From Rhynchobatus australiae (taxonomy: Eukaryota), in NCBI GenBank assembly GCA_034780895.1, contig JAUZTB010000066.1, positions 28,080,034-28,144,033 on the forward strand: a stretch of DNA of 64,000 bases. Reading direction: 5' to 3'. Below are positions 1 to 12,079 of this stretch, piece after piece. Position 1 is the stretch's first letter, and the number at the start of each line of letters is the position of its first letter. A program made the position numbers and the translations under genes. The notes under the pieces are model-generated. The model ran no database searches. It was given only the letters and a program-made list of their open reading frames with translations, and was not told the DNA's origin.

Positions 1-1075
1 TCCCGTTCCTAATCTTTTTACTTTTCTTTACATTATTCCCTGTTCTTCATTCTTTTCCTCCTCCCACTGTCTTGCCAGTAATTTAATTGTTTTCACTTGG
101 ATCATTTTCACTTTTTGAAAGATTGCTTTGTCTTGACCAACCATTCTTATTATTAAAACTGCGCTGAATTTTTTTGTTGCTGATTGCAGAATGATTAATG
201 ACAATATTTTTGTTGAATGACAGAAATTCCTAGGCTTTGGCTGATTAGATTTCATTTGCTTTGCCTTAACTCTATCTGACATATCCGGACCCGCATTCAT
301 ATGGATGGCACATCCTCGCTGTACTGACGGCAACATTTTTCATTTTCCCTAATGTGTCTGTCTCGTCTCTCCTGGATCCGTCCTTTCTCACTTTCTCACC
401 CATTCTGACCGTCCATCTCCTTTCCTGTTGCAACACATCAAATACATTTCCGTCTGCCGTCGTCCTGTCTTTTTGCCTTTTTTCATCAGGATGGACATTT
501 TGGTAGTTTTATTGTGGCTGCTTTTGCGTTTGACGGCTTTAAAAGTTTATCTTCGCAATATCTCTGATCAATAAGTCGTCATATGTTGTAAAAAGTGTCG
601 GTAAAATCTGTGCGCCCACATAAATCCGACCTGGTTTCTTGTTTCTGCTATTCTCCAGAGTGTATTAAATGTCGGGTTTTCCTCCTTTTGAGGCTATTAG
701 GTTAAATATATACTTGTGGGTATTAGGAAATCGGTCGCTCCAAAACGTGATGTCTTGTTTTGGATTATTCTCTCATTTGAAATTGACCAAATACCACACA
801 AGTTGAGTTTCGCCGTCAGGCAGCTGGTGGTAGAAGTGTGCTGGAGATCGATGTATAAGGATTATGTAAATGATACATCCAGGCAAAAAGACAGTTCATT
901 CCGTACCCAGGCGGGGCGTTGCATGCACTCAAACTGCACCACAGAGCAACTACGAAAACTGAGCACTCGTATATTCAGGGCAGCCTGGGAAATATTACCT
1001 TTGCGCAAGAAGACGCAGATAATCATTAATTAGCAGTTTTCCCCTTTTGATTGCAATTGCGTTCACAAATGTCAA
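1..1075. promoter_or_regulatory. CpG-enriched unique sequence, probable edge of a CpG island / 5' part of a first intron
   Basis: About 34 CpGs by manual count in 1-1080 versus about 4 in 2101-3180. No repeat recognised. TTGCGCAA palindrome near 1001. Confidence 0.5.
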
Positions 1076-1209
1076 ATTTTCTTTCAAGGCAAGTGTTATA
1101 AGACTTTTGTATGCTTAGAATCGCATTAGAAACCAATGTGTAATAAGTAAATGCAATGGTCACTGAATAATTAGTTTATAAGTTTCATGTTTTTTGTATT
1201 TAAAATAGA

Positions 1210-2050
1210 GAGTCTGGAGCCTGCTGCCTCTGGTGCATTCCTCTCTCCAACTGCACCATTTCAAACTTCCAAAATGACTATCATCCCCACCACAACCCGC
1301 CCTGGTCCCAGACGTGNNNNNNNNNNNNNNNNNNNNNNNNNNNNNNNNNCCTCATCTTGTGGATGAGATCCATGACTGCTTCCTCAAATCATTTGCTGCT
1401 GGGCACCTTTTTTGTGGCTGTACAGTTGTTCATATGGTTAACAATTACCCTCAAACTATCACTTTCATCTTTTTGTGACATTGCCTGACTCTGGTCTTGT
1501 CTCAAATTTATCTGCTGATGAACCACCAAACCCAATTACTGGAATGCTTTTCTGTCAACTTGATGTTATCCAAACCGTTTGTGCCCATGTCCTAACTAGC
1601 ATCATATTTTGTTCAGTCTTCTCTGCCCCCACCCCTGCTTGACCTATGATGGCTCTCAGTTGAAATACTCCAATTGTTTAATTCTCATCCTATTTTTGAC
1701 TTGTTCCATGGTTTCACCCTTGTTATCACCTTCAATGATCTACCTCTGTCTGCAATAATTTAATTTTGTTCTACAGATTTGGCAAATTAATCACTCCACG
1801 ATTGATAGCTGTGTGCCTCCATCTGTCAAGGCCCTAAGCTTTGAAATATCACCCCCACCTTGGAAATGTCCATTGTCACTCTTTCTTCATTTTTAATATG
1901 CTCCATGAAGCCTATCTCTTTGACCAAAATGTTGATTGCTAGTTCTGGTATGTCATATGGCTCAGTATCAATATACTTGTTTGACAATCCATCTGTAAAG
2001 GGCTTTGGAATGTTTCACTTCTTTAAAGATGGTATGTAAGTGGAAGTTTC
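1210..2050 (+). mobile_element. Decayed L2-type LINE 3' portion
   Basis: Contains AATTCTCATCC, GGCCCTAAGCT, GCCTATCTCTTTGACCAA and a TGTAAAGGGCTTTGGAATGTTTCAC tail resembling elasmobranch L2 3' ends. Confidence 0.55.
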
Positions 2051-5034
2051 TATTACTATTTTGTGCAACTACTGTGGACAGATAACAAAGACTAGTTGCT
2101 TTTTGTTGTGGTGATGTAATTTTTAAAAAAATTTCCACTTTTTAAAATCGTGTAAGACTTTGGGTGAAGCTTATGACATATTTGTTTATTTATCCACTTA
2201 AAATGGGAAGTACATTGAGTAAATGCTTTTTTTGTGGGGAAACTGATGTGTAGGCTTAGTAAATAATAAATCTTGTTCTCCAGTTTTTGAGGCAGCCCAT
2301 TTAAAAGCTCCATAATTGGAAGGGCTTTAAGGCTGCCTTCATTATCAGGTGACTTCTGCAAGGTTGCTAATTATTAATCTATTAGAAATTAGGGCCAGAA
2401 TTTAGTGCAAAATAAATGAAGGTAATTATGTGTTGTTATTCTCTAAATTGTATGTAAAATCATGTTAGCAAAAGTGTTTAAATGTGAATTTACAAAAGTT
2501 GCTGTCATTGTTACACAACTCCTTGTGTTCAGCCATCTTGCTACCTTCGTTATCAGTGAAGGGCATTGAATGATGTGATCTTGCTCTATTATGGTAGATA
2601 GCAAATATTTTCTTTTGCAGAAAGTCTTGCTCATTGCTGTCAAAGTATCATTTTAATCATGCTAAGTGTTAAGTATTGTCAAGTAACCTTACTGGCCCTG
2701 AGAATTAAACATTAGCAGGGTAGTGTTGCTGAAGTCAAGTTTGTATTGTTGGAGATGCAAAAACTGTATCCTTTTTTTACTTCTCGATATAATCTCTTTC
2801 TTCTACTTTGCCTGATTTGCTTTGACTTCAACCTCTCATTACCTTTTTCTTCAGTCCTCCTTATTCACTAAAGAGATTATATGGGTGTTTGCCCTAGTTA
2901 CTTCAGTTGCTGTTTACCTTTGCTGTTATTTGGTCATTCCATTGTCAATGTGTTTAAACAATTTAGACTTGTGCTTGTGTATATAATTTATACCTAATAC
3001 TCTTTTAATGCCCTAGTACAGAAAAATCTGGATAATTTTGTTTCGTATAGTCCAATAAATATTGTTAAATGTATCAGAAATCCAATATTAAGTGTGATTA
3101 TTAACAAAAATATTTGTCTTAATGGTGAATTTTCTCATTTTTCAAATCATGAAACAAATGTATTCTATTGCCAAAGACCTGATTGGTCTTTGATGCACCC
3201 TCATTTCAGTACCTCCAATTAAAGCCTTTAAAAAGGGCTATTATAATAGATTCTATTCACTTCTAAGCAAATGCATTTTAGAGTTAACTGTGTAAGGTTT
3301 TTGTGCCGTATTACACCAGAATTTGTAACTAGGCATGCTTCTGGAGCAGATATTCAATTTTGCCTGAGAAAAAAATAAATCTGTGATTGTTTGTTTATAA
3401 GACCATTGTCATCACCAATCTATTCAGGTTGTCAGTTCCAAACCAGGCACGATTGACTAATGAAAGTTAAAGTAACAGCATTGTTAAGGATTACAATAAA
3501 TATTTGAAATAAATTGCCTTCAGGCACATTTTAAAAGTTAATCCTTTCTTTCTTAAAAAAATTGTTTCATCATCCTTGTTTTATGTCATTTCCTATACAA
3601 AAAGGGATATTGGGAAATTTTTCCAATTTGTTAATTCTCTAGTTATCTTTCAAAAGTTCCATATGTCTCATTTTCCTTCTCCCCTTCTGCTAATGTGCAG
3701 ATGTTATTTGCCACCTAAACGATGATGCTTTGTTTCTCTTTCAGGACCTGCCACATTAGCATAGTAGTTCAATATTTATTCATTGTTTTGTATTAATTTC
3801 AATCTGAGAAATTATTTTAATCTGATTTGTGGATCACTGGTGAGGTGTCATGTTAGCAATGATGGCCTTTATTGAAAAATCATCACCTTAATTCATGAAG
3901 TTCTCGAATTAAGGAACATTTGATGCTCATCCTTTTGAGGGAATATTCTCATTATTCTTAATGATTAGTGATCTTGCTTCTTAATTCAAACATTGCCAAA
4001 CCAGAACTAGAGTTTGTAAGCAGTCACTCATCTGATGTGTAAGTGTCAGTTAGTACTCATTTCTGCACGTGTATTTAGTGTAGTCAGAAGAGAAACATAC
4101 AACTTAGCACGTTGTAATTTTAATCTTTTTTTGAAGTGAAGGGAAACTATTCATGGTTGCCACTCATCCTCAAAGCTATGCAGTGTGTACTGAGTAATTG
4201 TGCTTAAATCTCCAAGCCATTAAATATTTCCAAGGCTGCAAAGAACTCAACTCTTATGGTGTCTATAATGAGTTTGCATGAAGTCTTTCACTTTAGAATG
4301 GAAAATGACATTTGCACTCAGTGAAATTCCTTTTAGTCACATGATTCTGTGGGTTGTCATCACCTCACTTACAAATTGACCATGTGGGCAAAAAATATTT
4401 AGACAGTACCCACCCCTTAAAAAGGACTTGCAATTGGTCACTAAAAAGTAAATCTGTATTCTGCAGTAAGGTATTTCATGCAATGAAATGGTTAAATTTG
4501 TCATCTGTAGAATTGAAAGACAAACCTATTGGTGACTTTTTAATGGCAATCTTTCAGAGTGATTTAGTGGATTAGTAAATTTATTGGAAGTTTTATTTCT
4601 GTGCTATTTCTTGCAGCAAAATAAGCTGACATGTTCTGCAGTCTTTACCAGTGGTATTCTTGTACTTGATCTGGCTTTAAGTTGTGATAATTGGTCAGGC
4701 ATTGTTTAAACCTATTGTTTAAACCTATTGTTTAGAATTATTTGGCAAGAAAATAAATTGCTTCCTAGATCTCTCTTATATTTATGGATGAGGGTGGGAA
4801 ATCATATTTGAGAGTAATAAAGCACTTTTTTAAAGCTTTATACTTCTTTCTGAGGCAATGGAACTTTGACTCTGGATATCTGGTAGTAAATGAAGAGCAA
4901 GCTTGTGAAAGAGGTAAAACTAATAAGCCCACAGATGGGCATGGGTTAGGATGTAAATTCTTTTCTTTAAAAGAAAGAGGCTTGCATTCTGATATAATCT
5001 GTCATGTCCCTTTTCAGGATATTCAAGAGTACAC

Positions 5035-5330
5035 GACAACCAATCAAGTACTCTTTGAAGCTTGACTCTGTAATGCAGGAAGTGCAACAACCAATTTTGC
5101 ATGTAGGTTGTTTGCACAAGCAGGAATGTAAGGCAATTTGTATAGTAGTGCTGAATGAGGAGTAGGTGCTGGCTCAGACTGGAGACCATTCCCTGGCACT
5201 GCATCAGAGTAATGCCATGGCATTCCTTTAAATGCACCTAGGCAAGTGGGGCCCTGCTCGGACAGCAACTTTGGGAATTTCCAATAGTATATTGATCCAC
5301 TGTGCCTTCACAGACTGCTAGTTGCAACCT
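5035..5330 (-). mobile_element. SacSINE1-like (Deu-domain) SINE, decayed
   Basis: CCAATCAAGTACTCTTTGAAG..TGTAATGCAGGAAGTGCAACAACCAATTTTGC..TGCCATGGCATTCCTTTAAATGCACCT is the reverse complement of the copy at 46985-47390. Confidence 0.6.
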
Positions 5331-5624
5331 CCTTCAACGGAATCAGGAAATGCTCTTTGAGCTGACATGATTTTCAGTTATCTATCTAGCACTGTCATTA
5401 ATATTGTAGTAAGCTATATATTTTATGAATACATTGCAGTGTTTGAATATTTCACAATGACATTATAACCTTCATTTTGTTTTTTTTATGCTCCAACTAT
5501 AATCACGTATATGTGATTTAATTAAGACTTTGTACAAATATACAAGAAACAAAACTAACTTTGTCTACCTGTAAGAATTCTTGCATGTGAATGGCTTAAT
5601 TAAATGAAATATTTTAAGATTGGT

Positions 5625-6005
5625 ATGGCGAGTCTGGTAATTTGATGCAGCTGCAGAATGTGGGGGTTTTGGGAAGCACATCTTTAGTAAGTGCCTGAAG
5701 TTGGAGGAACTTCATCTCAGAGCTGGTGAGCTGGAATCTGAAGTTAAGACTCTATCAAAAAAGTTACTTGGAAGTAACTCGAAAGTTGCCTGAATGTGTT
5801 GTTACAGGAGACAGTCATAACACTTAGATTTGCTCTGCCAAAGGAGTGAGGAGGGAATGACTACAAGAGAAGTGGAAATGGGAATATGGGAACATTGTAG
5901 AGCCCCATTCCTTTCACTTGCCTGTCAGGTATGATATTCTTGTAGCATGTGTGGATGAGAGCAGTGACTGCAGGGTGGATGAACAAACTGGCCTCTGGCT
6001 CTGAG
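5625..6005 (+). mobile_element. CR1 LINE ORF1 fragment (zinc-finger/leucine-zipper region)
   Basis: Translates to CSCRMW..SKCLKLEELHLRAGELESEVKTL and RYDILVACVDESSDCRVDEQT, typical of the CR1 ORF1 N-terminus. Confidence 0.7.
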
Positions 6006-6194
6006 CAGTGAGGTACATTATGGCACCCTTACCTGTTGCTGAGACAAAGTAACTCAACATGCATAGGATCTGAACCACTGCTTTCTGTTCTGTGCACCCT
6101 GGCATTTTTATCAAGTAGTGCACCTGAGCAATGCACTTATGTGAGAACATTTGTCATTTATGTGTCATATTCTACCTTGCAGCATAATGACCCT

Positions 6195-6880
6195 ACAAAT
6201 AATGCAGCTGTCCCACAGCTACAATGATTTGGGCTCAATTCTGATGTCCAGTGCTCTTTGTGTAGAGTTTGCATATCCTTCCTAGGACCATGTAATAATA
6301 GTGATTACATGTACTGAGATACAGTGAAAAGGTTTTGTTTGCATTCTTTCAAGGCAGATCATTCAATACACAAGTATATAAAGGTAGTGCAAAAGGGGGG
6401 GAAAAATTGCAGAATATAGTTTTAGAATTACAGAGAGTGCAGGTAGACAAGTAAAGTGATGGTGAAAGAAAGGGCCATGGTGAGGTAGATTGAAAGATCA
6501 GGAGTTCACCCTTAGCATATAAGAGGTCCATTCAAGGGTGTTATAACAGCAGGGTAGAAGGTGTCCTTGAGCCTGGCTGTACGCTTTCTCATCTTCTGCC
6601 TGGCGCAAGGGGGGGAGAATAGAGCATGACTGGGGTGGGAGGGGTCTTTGATTTTGGATGCTTTCACGAGACAGCGGGAAGTGTAGACAAGAGTCCATGG
6701 AGAAGCTGGTTTGTGATGGACTGGGCTGCATTCCTAACTCCTGCAATTTCTTGTGGTCTTGGGCTGAGCAGTTGCCATACCAAGCTGTGATGCATCTGGA
6801 TAGGGTCTTTCCTATGGTGCTTTTGTAAAAATTGGTGAGAGTCATTCATGTGTGTTTCCTACCACATCCTAGATGCTTCA
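6195..6880 (+). mobile_element. HE1-type V-SINE split by a Rex1 insertion (halves ~6195-6293 and ~6847-6880)
   Basis: GCTGTCCCACAGCT..GGGCTCAATTCTGA..TGTGTAGAGTTTGCATATCCTTCC..GACCATGT, resuming as GTGTTTCCTACCACATCC. CATGT occurs at both junctions. Confidence 0.65.
6294..6846 (-). mobile_element. Rex1/Babar non-LTR retrotransposon, 5'-truncated
   Basis: ORF 6498..6845 reads TLTNFYKSTI..LSRCITAWYGNCSAQDHKKLQ. The 3' UTR is the reverse complement of those at 8545-8805 and 57400-57655. Confidence 0.85.
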
Positions 6881-6884
6881 ATGA

Positions 6885-6955
6885 AGCAGCGATTAGCTGT
6901 GCTGTTTCGCAGGTCCAGTGACCCTCATTTGATTCTGATCATGGGCACTGTATGC
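6885..6955 (+). mobile_element. V-SINE 5' half (interrupted by CR1)
   Basis: GCAGCGATTAGCTGTGCTGTTTCGCAGGTCCAGTGACCCTCATTTGATTCTGATCATGGGCACTGTATG is a tRNA-derived head leading into the V domain. Confidence 0.55.
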
Positions 6956-7210
6956 TGTTAGGGAGGGTTTAAACTAGGTTGGCGGGGGAGGGGGTGGGAT
7001 CCTAAGTAGAAGTGAGGCAATTGAGAGGCAGGAAGGATATAGAGAAGACAGTGAAAGCAAATTGAACAGGCAGGGCAGGAAGGAGCATGGTGAAGAGTGA
7101 GGAATGTCATTTGGATTAAATTGCATTTACTTCAATTCAAGACGTCTGAGTAAGGCAGATGAACTTGGGGCATGGATAGGTGCATGGGATTGGGATATTA
7201 TAGCTATTAT
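6956..7210 (+). mobile_element. CR1 LINE, end of ORF1 and start of ORF2 endonuclease
   Basis: GGGAGGGTTTAAACTAG, followed by sequence encoding LNCIYFNS..KADELGAWIGAWDWDIIAI. Confidence 0.8.
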
Positions 7211-8807
7211 AATATCAGGGTGTCCCCAAACTGGGAACCATGGATGAACTGGGAGATCCACTCCCTACTGAAGCCTAGGACTGCAGTATTCCAATCAAGT
7301 GACCTGACCTTGACAAGAAATTGAGATACGACCTCCGTGATACTATCAGAGATGCCCAGAGATAATCAGTCCAAAATCGAGTGCCAGACCAGCNNNNNNN
7401 NNNNNNNNNNNNNNNNNNNNNNNNNNNNNNNNNNNNNNNNNNNNNNNNNNNNNNNNNNNNNNNNNNNNNNNNNNNNNNNNNNNNNNNNNNNNNNNNNNNN
7501 NNNNNNNNNNNNNNNNNNNNNNNNNNNNNNNNNNNNNNNNNNNNNNNNNNNNNNNNNNNNNNNNNNNNNNNNNNNNNNNNNNNNNNNNNNNNNNNNNNNN
7601 NNNNNNNNNNNNNNNNNNNNNNNNNNNNNNNNNNNNNNNNNNNNNNNNNNNNNNNNNNNNNNNNNNNNNNNNNNNNNNNNNNNNNNNNNNNNNNNNNNNN
7701 NNNNNNNNNNNNNNNNNNNNNNNNNNNNNNNNNNNNNNNNNNNNNNNNNNNNNNNNNNNNNNNNNNNNNNNNNNNNNNNNNNNNNNNNNNNNNNNNNNNN
7801 NNNNNNNNNNNNNNNNNNNNNNNNNNNNNNNNNNNNNNNNNNNNNNNNNNNNNNNNNNNNNNNNNNNNNNNNNNNNNNNNNNNNNNNNNNNNNNNNNNNN
7901 NNNNNNNNNNNNNNNNNNNNNNNNNNNNNNNNNNNNNNNNNNNNNNNNNNNNNNNNNNNNNNNNNNNNNNNNNNNNNNNNNNNNNNNNNNNNNNNNNNNN
8001 NNNNNNNNNNNNNNNNNNNNNNNNNNNNNNNNNNNNNNNNNNNNNNNNNNNNNNNNNNNNNNNNNNNNNNNNNNGCACCCCTTTGCAACTGGATCCTTGA
8101 CTTCCTGACCAACAGACCACAATCAGTGAGGATAGGCAGCAATACCTCTGCCTCCAGCATGATTATGCTCAACGCTGGTGCCCCATGAGGCTGCATCCTT
8201 GGCCCTCTACTCCCTACACACTAATGACTGTGTGGCCGGATTCTGCTCTAACGCTATCTACAAGTTTGCAGATGATGCCACAATAATGGGCCTTATTTCA
8301 GATAACGATGAGTTGGAGTACAGGAAGGAGATAGAGCTTAGTAACATTGTGTCATGACAATAACTTTTCCCTCAATGTCAGCAAAACAAAAGAGCTGGTC
8401 ATTGACTTCAGGAAGGGAGATGGTGCACGTGCATCTGTTTACATCAATGATGCTGAGGTCAGGACATTCTCTCTTCTCCCCTCTCCTATCAGGCAGAAGA
8501 TACAAAAGTCCAGAAGCATGTACCACCAGGCTCTAAGATAGCTTCTATCCCTCTGTTATAAGGCTATTGAATGCTTCCCTAGTATGATAAGATGGATTCT
8601 TGACCTTATCTACCTCGTTATTACCTTGTACCTTATTGTCTACCTGTACTGCACTTTCTCTGTAGCTGTGACACTCTACATTCTGTATTGTTTTAGCTTT
8701 TTGTACTGTCTTGATGTGCTGTGTAATGAATTGATCTATGTGAATGTTATGCAATGCAAGTTTTTCACTGTACTTTGGTACAAGTGACAATAATAAACCA
8801 ATTCCAA
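7211..8807 (+). mobile_element. Rex1/Babar LINE (RT region, internal deletion, spans an N gap)
   Basis: [46 protein letters not shown] and CHDNNFSLNVSKTKELVIDFRK, then a CAATAATAAACCAATT tail. Collinear with the copy at 55600-57655. Confidence 0.88.
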
Positions 8808-10482
8808 TTACTAAGGAAGCATTGCTAAGGGAAGGACAAAAGTGGCAGCTTAATGTTCTGGGATACAGGTGCTTTAGGCGAGATAGAGCTGGAGGGAGGA
8901 GTTACTTTTTTGATTAGAGGAAATATCTCGGGAGTAGTTGGAATTGACATTGCTGAAGGATCATCTGGTGAGGCTTTATGGATGGAATTGAGAACTAAAA
9001 AGGGGGTGATCACCTTGTTGGCATTGTACTAAAGGCCTTGGGGATTAGTGGAACAAATGTGCAGGGAGATTGGGGAGAGCTGTAAGAATAGTAGTGTTAC
9101 TGTAGGAGATTTTAACTTTCCTAACATTGGGATTGCCAGTGTTAAAAGTCTAAATGGGGTGGAATTTATTCAGTGTGTTCAGGAAAGTTTCCTCAAGCAG
9201 TATATAGGAGGGCCCTACCAGGGAGGGGGCAAAGCTTGATTCACTCTTGGAGCAATAAGGAGGGAGCAAGTGACTGAGATAACAGTAGGGGAGCACGTTG
9301 GGACCAGTGACCATAGTTTTAAATTAGTTATGGCACAGGACGGAACTGGTCCACAGGTATGAGTTCTGAATTGGAGCAGGATGAATTTTTACAGTATTAG
9401 TCAGGAGCTTGCAAAGATTGATTGGCCTAGGTTGTTTGCGGGCAAAGGGCCCTCTGGCAAGTGGGGAAATTTTTAAAAGTAAGATAGCAAGAGTTCAAGA
9501 ATTAAATATTCTTGTTAAAGTAAAAAGCAAAGCTGTTGGAACCCTGGATGTCAAGGGATATTGTAAGTCTCTTCAAGGAAAAGGTGGTTTGGATCAGATG
9601 CAAGTAGCTGGGTTCAAGTGAATTACTGTTGTAGACAGTGAAGAGAAATATCAAGAATTGCAGTAGGATCTTGATCTGCTGGGTAGTGGGCTGAGGAATG
9701 GCAAATGGAATTTAATTTGGGTAAGTGCAAAGTGATAGATTTTAGAAGGATGAATCAAGGTAGAACTTTTACATTGAATGGAAGGGCCCTGGGTACTGCT
9801 GTAGGACAGAAGTACCTTGGAGTACAGGTGCATAGTTCCCTTAAAGTGGAGTCACAGGTAGACAGGACAGTGAAGGCAGCTTTTGGCATGTTGGCCTTAA
9901 ATCAAGGCACTGAATGTAGAATTTGAGAGGTTATGTTACAATTGTACAAGACGTTGGTGAGGCTATATGGAGTATTGTGTTCAGTTATAGGAAAGATGTG
10001 ATTAAACTGGAAAGAGTGTGTAAAAAAAAAAAAGATTTAAGAGGATATTGCCAGGAGGGACTAAGTTGTAGGGAGAGGTCAGACAAGCTGGGCCTTTAAT
10101 CCTTGGAGTGTAGGAGATTGAGGTGTAATCTCAGAGATGTATAAAATCATGAAGGGCATAGATAGGGCGAGTGATTTTTTTTCCAGGGTAGGGAATTGAA
10201 AACTAGACATAATTTTAAGGTTAGAAGTGAAAGGTTTAATAAGAACCCAAGGGATAACTTTTTTTTAACCCAGTGAGTAGTAGATGTATGGAACCAGCTG
10301 CCAGAGGAAGTGGTTGAGGCAGGTATATTAGATACATTTAAGTAGTATATGGACAGGAGTATGGATGACAAGAGTTTAGAGTGATATGGGCCAAGTACTG
10401 GGAAATGGGATTAGCTTGAATATACATCTTGGTTGCCATGGACACATACAGGCCAAAGGACCTTTTTCTATACTGTATGACT
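8808..10482 (+). mobile_element. CR1 LINE ORF2 continuation (endonuclease, RT C-terminus, 3' UTR), internally deleted
   Basis: LREGQKWQLNVLGYRCFRRDR, VGDFNFPNI, GTSDH, WQMEFNLGKCKV and YLGVQVHSSLKV, then a CR1 3' tail ending CTATACTGTATGACT. Confidence 0.88.
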
Positions 10483-10585
10483 GTGTGGAATTTACATGTT
10501 TGTCTCTGCCTGTGTGGGTTTTCCTCAAGCGCTCTTAATTGGTTATTGTAAATTGTCCCATGTATATGTTGGCAGGGTGTGTGGC
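10483..10585 (+). mobile_element. V-SINE 3' half
   Basis: GTGTGGAATTTACATGTT..TGTGTGGGTTTTCCTC..TTAATTGGTTATTGTAAATTGTCCC. Confidence 0.55.
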
Positions 10586-11559
10586 ATTATTTATTAAGAT
10601 ATTATTCCAAATAATATCCCAACACTTTTATAATCCACTTTCTTGTAATGTTACACAATATTACAGTAAATTTTACAGTGAACCCTTTAAGTTTCAAGAG
10701 TCTGGAACCTGGGCCCTGGTCAGTTTGAGGAGTGCATGAGAAACATCTGGTGAGCTACATGCTGAACCATTGAGATAGATAGTGGATTATCAGAGCTGTA
10801 CTGTAGATATTATTCCCTATGCCTGTGAAGATCAGGTATCTCAAAGCTGGGAGGAACTTGAAAAGATCAGGCAATCGTGGTCCATATGGGGACCAACAAT
10901 ACATGACAAAAGTGTTTTCACTGAAGGTATCTAAACAGCTGCAGTCTAAATTAAAAAAAATCACAAAACAGATGTACAGATTCTTACCTGGGCCACATAC
11001 AATCTGGGTGTAGGGTGAATAGAGATCAGAGAATTGAATATTGGGCTCATAAGTTGGTGTGGCAGAAATATGTTTCAATTTAAGTAGCACTTGAATCTGT
11101 ACTGGGAAAGGAGGGAGCTGTTCCTTTGAGACAGACTTTGCCTGAGTTGAACTGGGGCTAATGTCATAGCAAGTCAAATAACCAAGGTTGCAGGTAAAGC
11201 TTTAGATTAAATGGGGAGAAGGTGGGAGTGGGGAGAGAGCTGGTGATGTGACATTCTGGTGAGTGAACATTTATAAAGTTAAAGAAATATCAAAAGTGAC
11301 AGTGCATCATAACAAATGGATAATGATGACCAGAGTNNNNNNNNNNNNNNNNNNNNNNNNNNNNNNNNNNNNNNNNNNNNNNNNNNNNNNNNNNNNNNAC
11401 AAGCTTCTCTCTATATGCCCACAGTAATTGTAACAAGATGGGTGAATTAAAGAGCATATATAGAAATATGATCTAATGACCATTAGAGATGTAGTTCCAA
11501 ATTGACTAAGGTTGGGAATAAAATATTCCATGATATTTAGAATGGGTGGCCCTGACATA

Positions 11560-11847
11560 AAAGAAATAAATTCAATAGAGGAAGGATCTTTAACTCAAAG
11601 TAGAACTAGTTTTTGTGGAGCAAAGAACGATCAAGGGGCAGAAAACATAAATAATGAGCTGCCAGAGGAAATGGTTGAGGTAGGTACATTGACAACATTT
11701 AAAAGACAATTGGACAGGTTGATAGGAAAGATTTAGAGAGATGAGCCTAATGGGCATGGAACTAGATTATATGGGAATCTTAGTTGGCATGGACCATTTG
11801 GACTGAAGGCCCTGTTTCCATGCTGTATGGCTCTGACTCTATGACTC
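11560..11847 (+). mobile_element. CR1 3' end fragment
   Basis: NELPEEMVEVGTLTTFKRQLDR motif and the tail GGCCCTGTTTCCATGCTGTATGGCTCTGACTCTATGACT. Confidence 0.8.
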
Positions 11848-11939
11848 AGTCATTACCTTAACAACTTCCATCTGCATACAATCACACACAACCCTTCTGT
11901 TCTCTCTAATGCCCCCTGCCCTCTCCCCTTTTATTTTTT

Positions 11940-12055
11940 GAAGTTTTAAAACATGCTTGTATTCCCAGTTTTGTTGTTCTATTGAAGGGTCACTGACATG
12001 AAATTAACACTTTTTCCCTCTATGTATGTTGTTGATCCTCTGAGTGCTTCAAACA
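11940..12055 (+). mobile_element. Penelope-like terminal repeat fragment with decayed hammerhead core
   Basis: CTATTGAAGGGTCACTGACATGAAATTAAC, followed by a CCTCTATGTATGTTG..CTCTGAGTGCTTCAAACAT tail shared with other copies in the window. Confidence 0.5.
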
Positions 12056-12079
12056 TGACAAGTTCAAGGAGAGTGTAAG

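Noticed and set aside
28-1033. ORFs 28..336 (-) and 716..1033 (+) as host genes
   Set aside because: Non-ATG starts, no recognisable domain and no supporting splice structure.
4701-4734. 13-bp tandem duplication ATTGTTTAAACCT (a similar short duplication lies near 18748-18790)
   Set aside because: Ordinary slippage duplications with no spacers; not CRISPR-like.
7216-7235. CAGGGTGTCCCCAAAC resembling a hAT terminal repeat
   Set aside because: It is collinear with Rex1 coding sequence (IRVxPN..PWMN, compare 55780-55840), so the resemblance is coincidental.
7275-8196. Long ORFs in the ORF track (also at 25.8, 38, 39.2, 40.6, 48, 50.2 and 62.9 kb)
   Set aside because: They are read-through of N gaps (poly-X), not genes.
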